Of a DNA stretch of 64,000 bases, positions 15,085-30,299 are shown one piece after another. Numbering within the stretch: position 1 is the first letter of the stretch; every line of letters starts with the position of its first letter. Under the pieces are notes generated by a model. The model ran no database searches and was not told the DNA's origin. It saw only the letters and a program-made list of their open reading frames with translations. This DNA comes from Eledone cirrhosa (Eukaryota): contig OZ024742.1 in assembly GCA_964016885.1 (NCBI GenBank), positions 201,066,001 to 201,130,000 on the forward strand, read 5' to 3'. Both the position numbers and the translations under genes were made by a program.

Positions 15085-15297
15085 GTATATGTAAATCTTT
15101 ATATTTAATAATCTCCCGTTAGGTTGAGATACAATTGGGCGATATTGGGCTGCGCTTTCTAGCAAAAAGCCTATCCGCCGTAAGCAACTAATCACATTCT
15201 TTCTTACTTGAACACTGCCATGTCACGATTCTTAGCCATTTTTGAATCTATTTTTGGCGCGATCACTTTGGAAAATTAACTGTCTAATCTTGAGTTT

Positions 15298-15374
15298 TCT
15301 CCTGATGAGTCTGTTACTCTGGATACATCCTAATAATAGGATATCTAAAAATACGAACGAAACCATGGTAGAGA
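15298..15374 (+). ncRNA. Type I hammerhead ribozyme with extended stem II
   Basis: tctc-CTGATGA-g...(ggatacatcctaataataggatatct)...c-GAAA-c(catg)g-TA-gaga, with a palindromic loop III. Confidence 0.7.
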
Positions 15375-15789
15375 TATAATTACGGTATGTACACATTTCT
15401 TCTAAGTTTGAATTTACACCTAATTGTGTATGGTTGACAGTTTATTTAGTCAGTTTCTACATGCTGTTGACATGTTGGATAAATACTCTATTGGGATCAC
15501 CGCGAAGAGGCCGCTTTCGGTTATTTGTCGAACATTTCTTCATAGGAGCCTTTATTCTTATAGCCTGGTCTAATTGATTTTTTATATGGTTAATTATGCT
15601 AATTGGGAGAGGAAATGGTATATATTTTATCTAATAATTCCAAGGACAAGATTTATGATATATTGCTCTGATTATTTAATTTATTAATTCTTTATTGAGC
15701 CACAACGTGACCGGTTGCCACATATATATCTATGATTTTATGTATATGTAAATCTTTATATTTTATATATATGTATATATATACACACG

Positions 15790-15863
<74 letters not shown>

Positions 15864-15868
<5 letters not shown>

Positions 15869-17613
15869 AAATCTACCAAAATATACGGTAGTGTCCAATC
15901 CGTATGAAGAACTCAATGTAATCCAAATATCATGAAAAGAGATCTATTCAAAATTTTTCGATGAAAAACACAGGAAAACAGAGTCAAGATAAATTAATAA
16001 AAATAATGAATAAAAACAAATAAACAGTTCCTTATATTAAAAAATTCATCATTTTACGATCGTTTCTAGGATATATATGTGTGTTTTAGTATGTATATCA
16101 TATAGATCTATGTAAAAGTTTTACAACCTATCAGAGGGAATATACATACCTACACATATATATGCTGTCTTCAGAAATAATGATATTTGTTTATTGAAAA
16201 AACCCAACAAAGATTTAATATAATAGGTCTGTTTGGGAACAGGTTTTGAATTGACCAATAGAAAAGTAGTAAGTTGTCAAGTTGATAGAATAGTAGTAGT
16301 AGAAATTTAATTTAAGGGTAGAGGAATGCAGACTTCAGTTTTGAATGGAAAGAGTATTTTGAATCAAAAAATTACTTTGGGGATGAAAATAGGTCAAGCC
16401 GATGAAAGGTACACCGGTGAAAGGTACCGGTGAAAACTGTGTTTAAAAACTGTGTTTTAAAAATGCCGCATTAGCTAATACAACATCCTTAGCTGAAATA
16501 ATTAATAATTATAGAAAAAAGAATATCGATTATAACTTGACCTGGAGTGTGCTCAAAAGAGCCACCCCTTATCAAAATAATAGATATGAATGTAGATTAT
16601 GTTCCCAAGAACTTTTTGAAATAATGAAATCTAAGGATATCCTATTAAATAAGCGACAAGAATTAATTATATCATTCAATCATAGAATTAGAAAAACTTT
16701 CAAATATTATAAACCTAATTAATATACACTTATATTTTACAAATTATTATAATTAATTTTTTTAAATTAGTTAACCTATAATTAATATTCTACTACTAAG
16801 AACTGCATAATTTTATTTCCCTTTTACAGCTATCTTTCCCTAAATTTTATACCAATAAGTATACATATAAACTATTTTAATTTCCTGTTATGAATCTAAA
16901 TTCCTTATAATCTATATAAGTTTGTTATTTCTCACTAATACATTTATCCCACCCCCAAAAAAGTTTTTTCCTACGTTTTTAACAACATTCTTTAATAACA
17001 TCTAACTCTTATTTATCACATCTATATGAATTAATATAAATTTATCCCTATAAATATACCTATCAATTAAATTAATTTAATTTCTTTTTATAGATCTATA
17101 TTCCTTATGTTTTAAATAAGATTGATATTTTTCACTAACACATTTATAGTAACATTTTATTCTCGTTAGATTTTAACATTAGCATTATTCTTTAATAACA
17201 TCAAATTTTCGTGTACCTTTCACCGGCTTGACCTATTTTCATCCCCAAAGTAATCTTTTCATTCAAAATACTCTTTCCATTCAAAACTGAAGTCTGCATT
17301 CCTCTACCCCTAATTTAAATTTATACTACTACTATTCTATCAACTTGACCACTTACTACTTTTCTATTGGTCAATTCAAAACCTGTTCCCAAATAGACCT
17401 ATTATATTAAATATTTGTTGGTTTTTTTTCAATAAACAAATATCATTATTTCTGAAGACAGCATATATATGTGTAGGTATGTATATTCCCTCTGATAGGT
17501 TGTAAAACTTTTACATAGATCTATATGATATACATACCAACACACACATATATATCCTAGAAACGATCGTAAAATGATGAATTTTTTAATGTTGTTATTC
17601 ATTATTTTAATTA

Positions 17614-17617
<4 letters not shown>
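15864..17617 (+). mobile_element. Short Penelope-like element: GIY-YIG C-terminus and pLTR, with inverted pLTR copy at 5' side
   Basis: About 15990-16414 is the reverse complement of about 17211-17617. ORF 16537-16722 (WSVLKRATPY..ECRLCSQE...LLNKRQE) is homologous to the C-terminus of the 39206 ORF. Bounded by (TA)n/(GA)n. Confidence 0.85.
17443..17580 (+). ncRNA. Type I hammerhead ribozyme with about 100-nt stem II (inverted copy at 16046-16183; partial copy at 60582-60724)
   Basis: tcattattt-CTGAAGA-[atatatatgtgt...acacatatatat]-GAAA-c(gatc)g-TA-aaatgatga. Confidence 0.7.
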
Positions 17618-17676
<59 letters not shown>

Positions 17677-18258
17677 CAAACATATATTTGCTGATATCTT
17701 AAATGTGGAGTTGATAGAGGTTTATAAATTGATTGCTATTTCTATTAGAAATGTCGGTATTGTACAACGATTTACCCTGTTGATAATTCTGCACATGTGT
17801 ACATTATTATGCATCATGCTGATTTTATTTCGGGTGTATATGTGGTCCGGCAAAAGGTAAATGTATCTTATACCACTTACTATGAATAGAAATTCTCTCT
17901 CATGAGCTAGCCGATTCTGGCAGAAATTACTCTATTGAAATGGCAAAAATTAAATTACTGAAATGGCAAATTCTATTACTTTAGCTTGTGTAACTGCAGC
18001 ATGCCGAGAAATTTGTTGAGCTTCCTAGATTTAGGTGGCTTGACAAGAAATCTACCCGCTTATAAGGTTTCTTTATTTTAAAGTACTTTACTGTAATCCT
18101 CCCTATGGCCAATTCTGAGTCCTATTTGAGATGGCGCAATATTTGTTTTTCGATATGTTTTTTGTTACTTGTCTAAATTATTGCTCTGCATACACACACG
18201 GGCAAACAGTTAGTGTATATATACACACACACACACACACTCACACACTCACACACGC

Positions 18259-19163
<905 letters not shown>

Positions 19164-19179
19164 ACACACACACACACAT

Positions 19180-19252
<73 letters not shown>

Positions 19253-19531
19253 TACACAGACATATATATTCTATATGTATATATGTATATATATATATTT
19301 ATTTTTATACATATATATATATATGCATATATATATATGTATGCTGGTATATAGTGGGTTCGACAATAAATATACGATTCGCTCATATCTATTTATGCAC
19401 AGATACTTACCCAATCTCCCATCGACAAACACATTATATATACACTTCCCCTCTTTTATGGCATGTCTTACTTTAATTGTGGTTCTTCCGTTCCTTGTGG
19501 AATTTTAAAACAATAATTACAATTCTATATG

Positions 19532-19598
<67 letters not shown>

Positions 19599-19605
19599 AC
19601 CCACC

Positions 19606-19636
<31 letters not shown>

Positions 19637-19713
19637 GTGCGTGTGTGTGTGTACGTATGTGTGTGTATAGGTATTTACGCAAGATTGATTAACAAGCTAG
19701 GTTTCCCGTTTTA

Positions 19714-19799
<86 letters not shown>

Positions 19800-19844
19800 T
19801 AAAACGGGAAACCTAGCTTGTTAATCAATCTTGCGTAAATACCT

Positions 19845-19883
<39 letters not shown>

Positions 19884-19898
19884 CACACACACATACAC

Positions 19899-19930
<32 letters not shown>

Positions 19931-20030
19931 TTACACCCCCCCCCCACACACACACAGACGAATATCTACACTTTGTTTGGCTCGATGTTGGTAAATGCCT
20001 TAACATTTCTTTATACGCTAAATTAGATTA

Positions 20031-20894
20031 TCTATATATTTAAAACAGAGAATGTCTCTCTGTCTGTCTCCCTAAAACTCGAGAACCACCGAACCGATTT
20101 TTTATCAAACTTGACACATGTAATACTTATGGTTATGTGAGTGTTTTGAGCAAAAGATATTTCAAATTGTCAATGCCCTAGGGACCGCATTAGGCGAAAA
20201 ACCGCATATGTTAGGCTGTAAAGGCTTTTTAGGGGCATAACGGAACAACAATTGAGGTGATTTCTTCAAAATTTGCATTACTTATGTCGTTTAAAGTGTT
20301 TTGAGCAAAAAATATTTTTATATTTTTTGCCCCAGGGACCGCATTAGGCGAAAACCCGATTTTTTGAAGCATTTTGGTTGCGTTAGGCCCTGTAACTCGA
20401 GAAGTACCCAACCGATTTTAAAAAAGCTTTGCATATGCATTACTTATGTTTCACAAATTTTCATGACTGAAAAAGATTTCAAATTTTTGCCCGGCGACCG
20501 CATTGTTTAGCATTTTGTTGGCGTTATGGGCTTGTAACCTTAAAAGTATCCAACTAAATCCCTTCATGCTCTCCACCACTGTTCTCCCACATGCTTACTG
20601 CTCTGTAACTATTGCTTTCATTGTACCATAGCACAACAAATACAAGTTCCGTTTGTCGAAATCCTTTTTACTTAACCCTATCGTCTTGGCTTTCGTGGGT
20701 TGAACATTTTACTCTCAGGCACCCAATTAAGTTAAACCCCTGGTAATCTACGACGAATTTTTTTTATAAGTACAAAATGTAGACCCCATCCCCAGGCCGA
20801 GGTATTTCGTACTTCTCTGTACTGTTTCAGAAAGGAGGGAAAAACATGCCAATCTATGTTTAGAACCCCGAGCAACGCCGAGCCATTCGGCTAG
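20031..20894 (+). mobile_element. Non-autonomous Helitron
   Basis: A|TCtatatat start followed by (tgtc)n. Internal sub-repeats (gaccgcattaggcgaaaa twice). 3' subterminal GC hairpin ccccgagcaacgccgag, then CTAG|T. No TSD. Confidence 0.8.
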
Positions 20895-21240
20895 TTTCTC
20901 ACTAAAATTGGTCTTAACATTAAACGATAGACATTATATCGCTTAAGAGGACACTGAGTAATTATACTTAAAATAACGATATTTAGTTGCTATTGTTGCT
21001 GTAATGACTCATACCTGTACAAGCTTACCCGAATTCTCATAATATGGCTGCATTTCATGCCTTTTATGTAATTCTAATAATAGTAGGGCCCGTTCTTATC
21101 ATATCACCATTTGTCCAGAAGGCAGGATTTAAACGCAGAACAGAGTGCGAGAATAGTTACCTAAAAGCAGACTGTTCAGCGCTTTAATACTGCCACTAAT
21201 TTACCAACCTAAAATGGGACTTTATTTATCGATCCCAAAA

Positions 21241-21617
21241 TAATTGTTTCTACTTTTGGCATAAGGCCAGCAATTATCCCAGTACATTACTGGTACTTTA
21301 TTTTATCGACCCCATAAGAATGAAAGGCAAAGTTAACCTCGATCCAAATATAATAAAAATTAGCATTGACATTTCGGTTGTATTGTCCAAAAACATGAAA
21401 CAAATATTAGTTTCTGATTCAGGCACAAGGCCAACAATTTGGGGGACGGGAAAAGTCGATTAAACCGACCCCTGTGCATTACTGGTACTTTATTTTTCGA
21501 CCCTCTAAGGATGAAAGGGAAAGCTAACCTAGGCAGGATTTGAACTCAGATCGTAAAGGGACGTAACTGTATGTCATAAAGAATGTTGTCTGACGTTCTA
21601 CCGATACTCCCAATCCT
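21241..21617 (-). mobile_element. Two family A SINEs
   Basis: Partial copy at 21241-21341 and long-subtype copy at 21408-21617. Confidence 0.8.
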
Positions 21618-22539
21618 ATTGCAAGGGATTTGATCCAACGCTCTAACGACTCTGGCAATACACTACTAATCAATATTATATTGACTACAATACTTATATT
21701 TTTGAAAGATATCTCAAAGCACTTGTAATTAAATATGATCCGGTTACTATAAATAACTCACAACACATGTAAGACTCGAAACGTCGTCTCAATAACATTC
21801 TGTTTCGAATTAGTTAATAAACTAAGATTTGTTTCTGGTTCTCGGGTTATCGATTAAAATGTCCAAAAATGTATAATATGATAACGGATTGAGCCAACAT
21901 TCCTATACCGTGTTTGACTAACTCTGTGAAACGTTGAAAAATACCAGGTTTGTTTATTAACCTGATAAGTAGGTTCTTATTCAGATTAAGCTTCTTCGAA
22001 AAAATCCCCCCATTTCCTCATTTCTCATAAAAATTATCACATTCTCTTTCCCATAAAATAAGGACGCCTACATTAGAAGACTTTTACGAGGTTTTAAGAT
22101 ATATAAAAAAATTTTACGGAACAAATCAAAATAGAAAAGAACAAAACAAAAATGTATTGGCTTATAAATAAATGACAATGATGATGAGAATGAGAATTTG
22201 TTATTAATGAAACCCTCAGATGTGTGTTTTATATTGGTCAATAAAATAAATAAATCCTTTAAAACCTCGCTTATAAATGCGGAATAACTTAAGATAGAAG
22301 AGACTGAATACATGTACCTCTCAGTGTGGAATAATTGATCAAAGGAGGGAACACGAAATTGTCAGCTATGTGTTTTCTTTATGTTGTTGTTATTGCTGTT
22401 GCTGTTGTGTGTGAGCGAGTAATCAATGACCGAAAGCTGAATAAACATTATCACCTTTTCTAGAAGTATCCAATAAATTTGATCAAAGAGAAAATAGTAA
22501 TGCTTTGTCTGCTGTATGTGAAACCTTGATAACTGAATT

Positions 22540-22800
22540 AAACCCCCTTAATACCTTCTCTCGATTATAAAGGAGTTTTATTTATGTCGAAGAAGCTTAC
22601 TAAAGATGATCATAAATAAACAATAGCAGAATATGTTGGGCTTTTGAGACAGTTATTTGCTGGGTCTTATTATGAAGATCGAAACAGCGATATCCTTTGG
22701 CAAGAAAAATGGTGTAGCCTTTCTTTCACAGATGGCTATACCGAGGACATTTCTATGAAGGATATGGTGGAGTTTTTCATTCCAGAACAATCTTCATAAT
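22540..22800 (+). mobile_element. Possible highly degenerate piggyBac transposase relic
   Basis: Broken frames give YVGLL, LWQEKW.VAFLSQMAIPR, resembling the PGBD motif LWS..WG..FF...M.R.RF. Confidence 0.35.
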
Positions 22801-22976
22801 CCTTAAATACAACCGGAGAAGGATATTGAGAGTAAAGACGGAGATTTTGCCTCCTATAATTTATATGCAAGCCCACCGAGCACTGTGACTTGTTGGTGGC
22901 TTTAGACAATGTTCAACCTTTGTAATTACCCCAGCGTCTGGGGCATTTTCAGGCTAATAAAATATATCATTATTAT

Positions 22977-23160
22977 TGGATTGGCAGTATCGGTAGAGGG
23001 TCGGACACCATGCTTTCCAGCATAGGAGTTATGGCCCCGTACGTTCTGAGTTCAAATCCCATCAGGTTAACTTTGCCTTTCATCCTTAAGGGGTCGACAA
23101 AAATAAAGCACCAGCAATGCACTGGGGTAATTGCTGGCCTTGTGCAAAAAGTAGAAACAT
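22977..23160 (+). mobile_element. Family A SINE
   Basis: ggattggcagtatcggtagagggtcggac...gagttcaaatccc...agtagaaac. Confidence 0.85.
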
Positions 23161-23411
23161 CATCATCATCATCATCATCACCACCATCACCATCATCAGC
23201 AGCAGCAATAGCAGCAACAGTATCATAATCTTCATTATTATTGATTAGAAAAATACGTTAAAAGTTTCCTTCTCTAAAACATAATTTTGTATATATAAGA
23301 AAAATGGCCTAAAAATGTTCAAACTTACGGAATAATGTAAGAGATTACCCTAGCAATATTTACAATATTGTAACCTATTTATAACTATTATTATAGGTAA
23401 TCTATTGAAGT

Positions 23412-23538
23412 GTCTGTTTAGTATTTCTGTCTGTTTAGTATTCCATTTCTGTCTGTTTAGTATTCCATTTCTGTCTGTTTAGTATTCCATTTCTATCTGT
23501 TTAGTATTCCATTTCTGTCTGTTTAGCATTCCATTTCC
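23412..23538. repeat. 21-bp tandem repeat, about 6 copies
   Basis: ttctgtctgtttagtattcca(t) units. Confidence 0.9.
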
Positions 23539-23650
23539 AAATCCCGCCGAGGTTAACATTCCCTTTCATCTTTACGGGGTCGATAAAATAAAGTACCAGT
23601 AATGCACTGGAATGATTGCTAGCCTTGTGCCAAGAGTAGAAACAATTATT
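23537..23650 (+). mobile_element. Family A SINE (5'-truncated)
   Basis: caaatcccgccgaggttaac...agtagaaacaatt. Confidence 0.75.
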
Positions 23651-24468
23651 ATGGGAGATTCACAGAATCGTCAGAGTATCAGCCCAAGTTGTTTGTAGCG
23701 ATCAGAGTCGATAAATAAAACATTGTCAAATACTGCGTCGATATAATATATTTACCCCCCCCCCCCCCCAAGAATTGCCGCCCTTGTTCCTATATTAGAA
23801 ATCTCTCGCACTCGGTTTTTGTTCCAGCTTATTGTACTCTGGGATTAGGTCACACCATAGTCAACTGCATTTTGTCTTTTTGAGGTCGCTAAATAAAGAA
23901 TAATTCAAGTACAGCGGTAGATTCTTCCTCCCTCTTTCTCTCTCTCGTTTTCTCTCTCTCTCTCTCTCGCTTTCTCCCCCCCCCCTCTCTCTCTAGCTTT
24001 CTCCCCCCCCCCCCTCTCTCTCTCCCTCTTTCTCTCAATGTCTTTCTTTCTCTGGATGAAAACTGGTGTGTTCCAACTGGAGAGAGATGGATTCAGTTAG
24101 GTGGCAAAGGCGCCAGACACGCCACGTGTTATCTCAACGCTCCTACAATACCATCAGAAATTAAGCAGCTTTTTTTCTTTTCTTTGGATTATGTATAGTT
24201 TCCGATATAATCAAAAGAGGTCTCAATAGGGGATACAGTATACATATATTAAACAATAGATTACACACACATATAGGTGTAAGAATGTAATACGACATTT
24301 GCCGCCTCTCCCCCCCTCTCTCTCTCTCACGCACACACAGGCACATATATATATTTATATGTACTTAAGTTTGTAGTCATAAGGCTGTGCAATCTTGTAT
24401 ATACATATACATACACATCCATATATATATATATTTATATATATATATATATAATATATATATAATAT

Positions 24469-24528
<60 letters not shown>

Positions 24529-24535
24529 TATATAC

Positions 24536-24570
<35 letters not shown>

Positions 24571-24571
24571 C

Positions 24572-24607
<36 letters not shown>

Positions 24608-24617
24608 GTGCCTGTGT

Positions 24618-24668
<51 letters not shown>

Positions 24669-24739
24669 GAATATATATTATATATATATATGAATATATA
24701 TATATGTGTGTGTGTGTGTGTATATATTATATATATATA

Positions 24740-24790
<51 letters not shown>

Positions 24791-25004
24791 ATATATTATC
24801 ATATAATATTTAGAAATGTAGAAATGTTCGAATGTAGGAACAAAGCTTTAGAAAATCAGATAAGATACCCCTATAAACAGAAAAAAGTGGTCAATCAGCT
24901 GTATTTTATTCGATCTTTAAAGCCGTATTCACAAGAATTCTTCTTACATTTCTAAATATTTTACCTCACTTAACGCTTCAATGTTTATTTATAACATATT
25001 CTGC

Positions 25005-25102
<98 letters not shown>

Positions 25103-25622
25103 GGTGTGTATGTGTGTGTGTGTGCGTGTGCGCGTGTGTGCGTGTGTGTGCGTGTGTGTGTCTTGTGGCTCTGTTGTAAACAGGCAAACCTCCAGAGTAA
25201 CAAGACTCACAATTATCGCTTTAATAAAATGACTATTTAAATTTTACTTCAGTTTTCAATACACCTTTCTCTGAGGCATCAATGACATACGGACACACAT
25301 ACACACACACACATATATATATATATAAATTTGAGTGTGCGTGTGTTTGTGTGTGTTTCTATATAAGTGAGTGGATGCGTAGTCTACTTGCAAACATATA
25401 CAACTAGCAGAGTAAAGGGTACTCAATTCCTATAAGAGAAATATTATGATTATCTTCTTAGTAAGGCCTGCCTGGCATTCTTCAGATGACGTTTCAATTG
25501 GGAAGAATAGAAGGCAAAAACAGAGAAAGATGTTCTTTTGACTGAAATGCCGAACAAAATATGTGAATTTCAAGCCTTATATTTTAGGCCCAATTTTATA
25601 AATGTGCGTTTATATAATTATG

Positions 25623-25745
<123 letters not shown>

Positions 25746-26126
25746 ATCTATATATATATATATATTTAGATATATGTATCTATATAAAATATATATATAT
25801 ATGTATATATATATGTATATATATATGTAAATATATATGTATATATATATATATATGTATATATATATGTATATATATATATGTAAATATATATGTATAT
25901 ATATATATTTATACATATATACGTATATATATTCAAAATTAGGCGCATATATATATATGTATAAGTATGTATATATCAACATTTATTTTTGTTTTGTCAA
26001 TCTCTCCAATACTGATATATACGGTACTGTTATCATGAATCTCAGTCAGGGTTTTGAACCAAACGCCACTTCAACGTCTGTATATCATTATCAATATCCA
26101 TATATATATAATAGTATGTTGTTTGT

Positions 26127-26303
26127 TTAATAAATACACGTTGTGTTACCAATTTCGTAACTTCCTTCCATGGGTATTCGATGATCATACAGTGATGGTG
26201 CGTAAAGAAAAATGCTGAGAGTCCCGGCTAGGCATGTGCTGGTAAAGACGTAAAGGAAGAAGCGATCCAATACCATAGCCACAAATTTCCAATCTCTTAC
26301 TTC
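26127..26303 (-). CDS. Terminal coding exon of a nicotinic acetylcholine receptor subunit (Cys-loop channel; end of MA helix, TM4, extracellular C-terminus)
   Basis: Translates [58 protein letters not shown]. This matches the nAChR motif (E)DWKxVAMVxDRxFL, a hydrophobic TM4 and APSLYD as in invertebrate cation-type subunits. Acceptor on the minus strand is tttttctatatatttgcag|GAA (phase 0). AATAAA lies on the minus strand at about 25982-25987. Confidence 0.9.
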   Translation of the reverse strand, partial: EVRDWKFVAMVLDRFFLYVFTSTCLAGTLSIFLYAPSLYDHRIPMEGSYEIGNTTCIY

Positions 26304-26540
26304 CTGCAAATATATAGAAAAATACTTAAGAGTGATTTGGGAAAGCTGGGTTTGTCAACATACAACGCTCTACTCTATAGAATATGGAGGATGTCCCGAA
26401 AACCCGAATTCACAAGCAAAGGAATAATTAGAATTTGTAACCAATTATTTGGTGAAATTGACTTGAGTATTCACCTTTATTACATGCATTGATGAATTAT
26501 ATACAGTAAAGAAACGTCTATGAGGCTAGACCTTATTATT

Positions 26541-26891
26541 ATGGCCCTTTACGATCTGAGTTCAAATCCCACCGAGGTTAACTTTACCATTCATCCCTAC
26601 GGGTTAGATAAAATAAAGTACCAGTAATGCACTCGGGTAACCGCTGGCCTTGTGTCAAAAGTAGAACGAATTATTATCCACGTAATAGTTGACTATAACA
26701 TGGATAATAATTGTTTCTACTTTTGGCACAAGACCAGCGATTATCTCAGTACATTACTGGTACTTTATTTTAAAGACCCAGCAACGATGAAAGGCAACGT
26801 TAGCCTTGGTGGGATTTGAACTCAGACCGTAAACGTGTGGAACTCTATGCTGCAAAGCATGGCATCCGACACTCAACCGATACTGCCAATC
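26541..26891. mobile_element. Inverted (tail-to-tail) pair of family A SINEs
   Basis: Plus copy at 26541-26676 and minus copy at 26706-26891. Confidence 0.85.
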
Positions 26892-28546
26892 GACCCCCCC
26901 CCCCATTACTAGCCCATTACTATTATCCACATGGATAATAATAATGGGCTAACATTCATATTACCATCCAAATTATGCATCAAAACACATTTAGTTCTAC
27001 CAAAGTACATACATAAGAGGCCGGATGCCCTTTTAAATATTTCCATTTCCGTACTTCAGATTATATTAGAAGAGGGAAATTAATTTCCTCATTGTAATGT
27101 ATATGTTACGAATAATATAATTTTTCTCAAATGTTGACCTGTTTTCCGTGAAGAATTAGAGTCACTGTTTTCATGAGATGCATGGAAATATCCAAATTTC
27201 GGCAACAAGTTGGACCTCAAGCTTTACACGAGTACATACGGTATAGATCTTTATGACGGTTTAGGGAAAACTAGTGCAATGCTAATTGGAAAAACAAGAG
27301 TCAAAGCGAAAGTAGAGTAAAGTAAGGAAAACAAAACAATAGTTTAAACCTTTAACATATATTTCATGATATTTACAGACTAGAAACTTTTTTTTAAAAG
27401 AAAAGAATTGAATGTGGGGCTGATGGCAAGGACTGCAATCTTGTGAGGAAAATGTGCCTGTGTATTGATGACATGCGTAGACTGTCGTGGTTATAATAGT
27501 GAATTAGTTTCATTCAACTCGCACCTGCTGTTTATGATAGGTCAGGTTCTAGTAATGGAATTGCCTCTCTAATACGCACATTTCTGATAATTCAGTCAGT
27601 AGCCATTAAGTTGACTTTAATTACAAAAAATAATGAATGTCAAGTTTGATATTCAATACTAAATAATCGTAGTTCTATGTACTGTAGTTTAAGTAGCCAA
27701 TACATAAAGCTGTCAGAGTCTCAGCTAGAATAGTCTGAGCAATTTTTTCTGAGGTCAACTTTTCCATTAGTTCGATAATTAAGTAACGAACGAAGTACCG
27801 GGTTGTATCTTCTCTGTATATCTTTCTAGCTCTCACTTTTTCTGAAAGTTATTGACTTTGGAAAGATATCGGCCTTAAAAAGCTTCAAACGCTGTATGTC
27901 ACAAAACAGCCTCATAAGCCTGCATTGATTCAGGGCTTAAATGTTGTATTCCATGACAGCACATCTACAACGTCATTAGTTTAGGACTCAAAACGCCTTT
28001 TATCAAGGCGAGCCTCTACAGTTTCACTGATTCAAGGCTGAAAATACCGCGTGTCATGACTGCACCACTACGACTCAACTTCACCCATTTAAGCCCCAGA
28101 GACGAATCATAATTCAAAGGTTTTGGGGTGCCTGGCTCCGACAATTTCCCGTCGATCTCCTGTGTGCAAAATAAAAATAAAATCAGAACCTCATTATCCA
28201 ACGTGATCATTTTTTAATGAAATAAAATGACATTTGAGATATAATTCAGCTGCTATGTCTAGCAAAGACCGTTGACTGCGTAGAGTTATTTAAGATTGTT
28301 CGTTGTTAGTTGAAGAATGATCAATAGCAATATCAAATCACAAAACTACTGTCACTGACATATATGTATATATAGTACACTATTAAATATATATTTTCTC
28401 TGCTTATCTTTCTTCTTTATTGTATTTTATACTAATTGATTTTTATGGCTTCCTTTAATGGCCACCACTATTAAGTTTGTAATTCTGATTGATTTTTGTA
28501 GTTATTAAAGTCCTTTATCAAGGATACACACGCATATATACACACT

Positions 28547-29430
<884 letters not shown>

Positions 29431-30299
29431 TGGTCTTGTTTGCTTCACATTAATTCGCTTTGGCCGCCGTAAGCTTCTTGTTATCATGTATTTACAACCC
29501 ACATATTAAAAAGAATATTGTTAAACTAATTTGAATAAAGCCTGCAAAAGCTGTGAGCCTCAACTTCAGCTCATATGTCGCAAAATATATTTTTTATATA
29601 GAAAGATTCCCCTACTCTTTTAATAAAAAAGGGAAATTCCCATTGTAACTGCAGTTATGAGCAATGATAGTTGTTTATTTGGTCAAAAGATAATCCCAAA
29701 TGCATTTCTCATTGATAATTATAATTATGTACAACCAATTTTAACTCAGCAAAATGCAGTTAGAAGCTGCAACAAAATCTGTTTGCTGAACGTAACAAAT
29801 ATCTAAGACAATAGATCAACAAAACATAACACTAAATCCAACAACGAATAGAGCTACAACCTTAACAACAAAAGGGAAAGAGTTACCATCAAGAGCTCAA
29901 CGACAGTTTCAGGCGCGTTATCGTGTAACCCTGCAACCAACGTCGTCTGTGAGACTAGCGATGAATATCACCACCACTAATACTAATGCGACAGCGATAA
30001 CAAACCATAAAGAATCTCTCACTCCCGCCTTATTTTGCGACATACCAGGACCAAATAACCCCAGAAAACTTTACCAGGGCCGTGCAACTCGTAACAAATG
30101 TTGGCCCCCAAAACAACTGTAATATACTGGCGCACAGCACCATGTCCAAAAAGCTGGAAAAAGTATAACAGGACCAAATTGAAAGAGTTCTAAGACCAAT
30201 CTGGGCTACCGAAACCTATATAACGTGTGTGTGTGCTGTTGAAAACACAACTACTTCCTAGTTTCATTTTCTGCATTAGAATCTTCATATAATACAAAA

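Noticed and set aside
17895-17945. HHR-like CTCATGA...GAAA; similar weak hits near 30345, 31489 and 50390
   Set aside because: Core mutated or stems not closing; not distinguishable from chance by eye.
22977-23060. tRNA gene (A and B boxes)
   Set aside because: SINE head; no cloverleaf and continuous with the SINE body.
23412-23538. CRISPR-like periodicity
   Set aside because: Units are contiguous without unique spacers; this is a eukaryotic minisatellite.
27400-27600. Possible GIY-YIG C-terminal relic (RIREAI...) on the minus strand
   Set aside because: Too short and frameshifted to support.
28016-28160. Possible upstream nAChR exon (good acceptor ttttgcacacag|GAG; EIDGKLSEPGTPKP...)
   Set aside because: No similarity to the MA helix expected just before EVRDWK, no convincing donor, and the frame ends in a stop. 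Cannot be excluded without RNA data.
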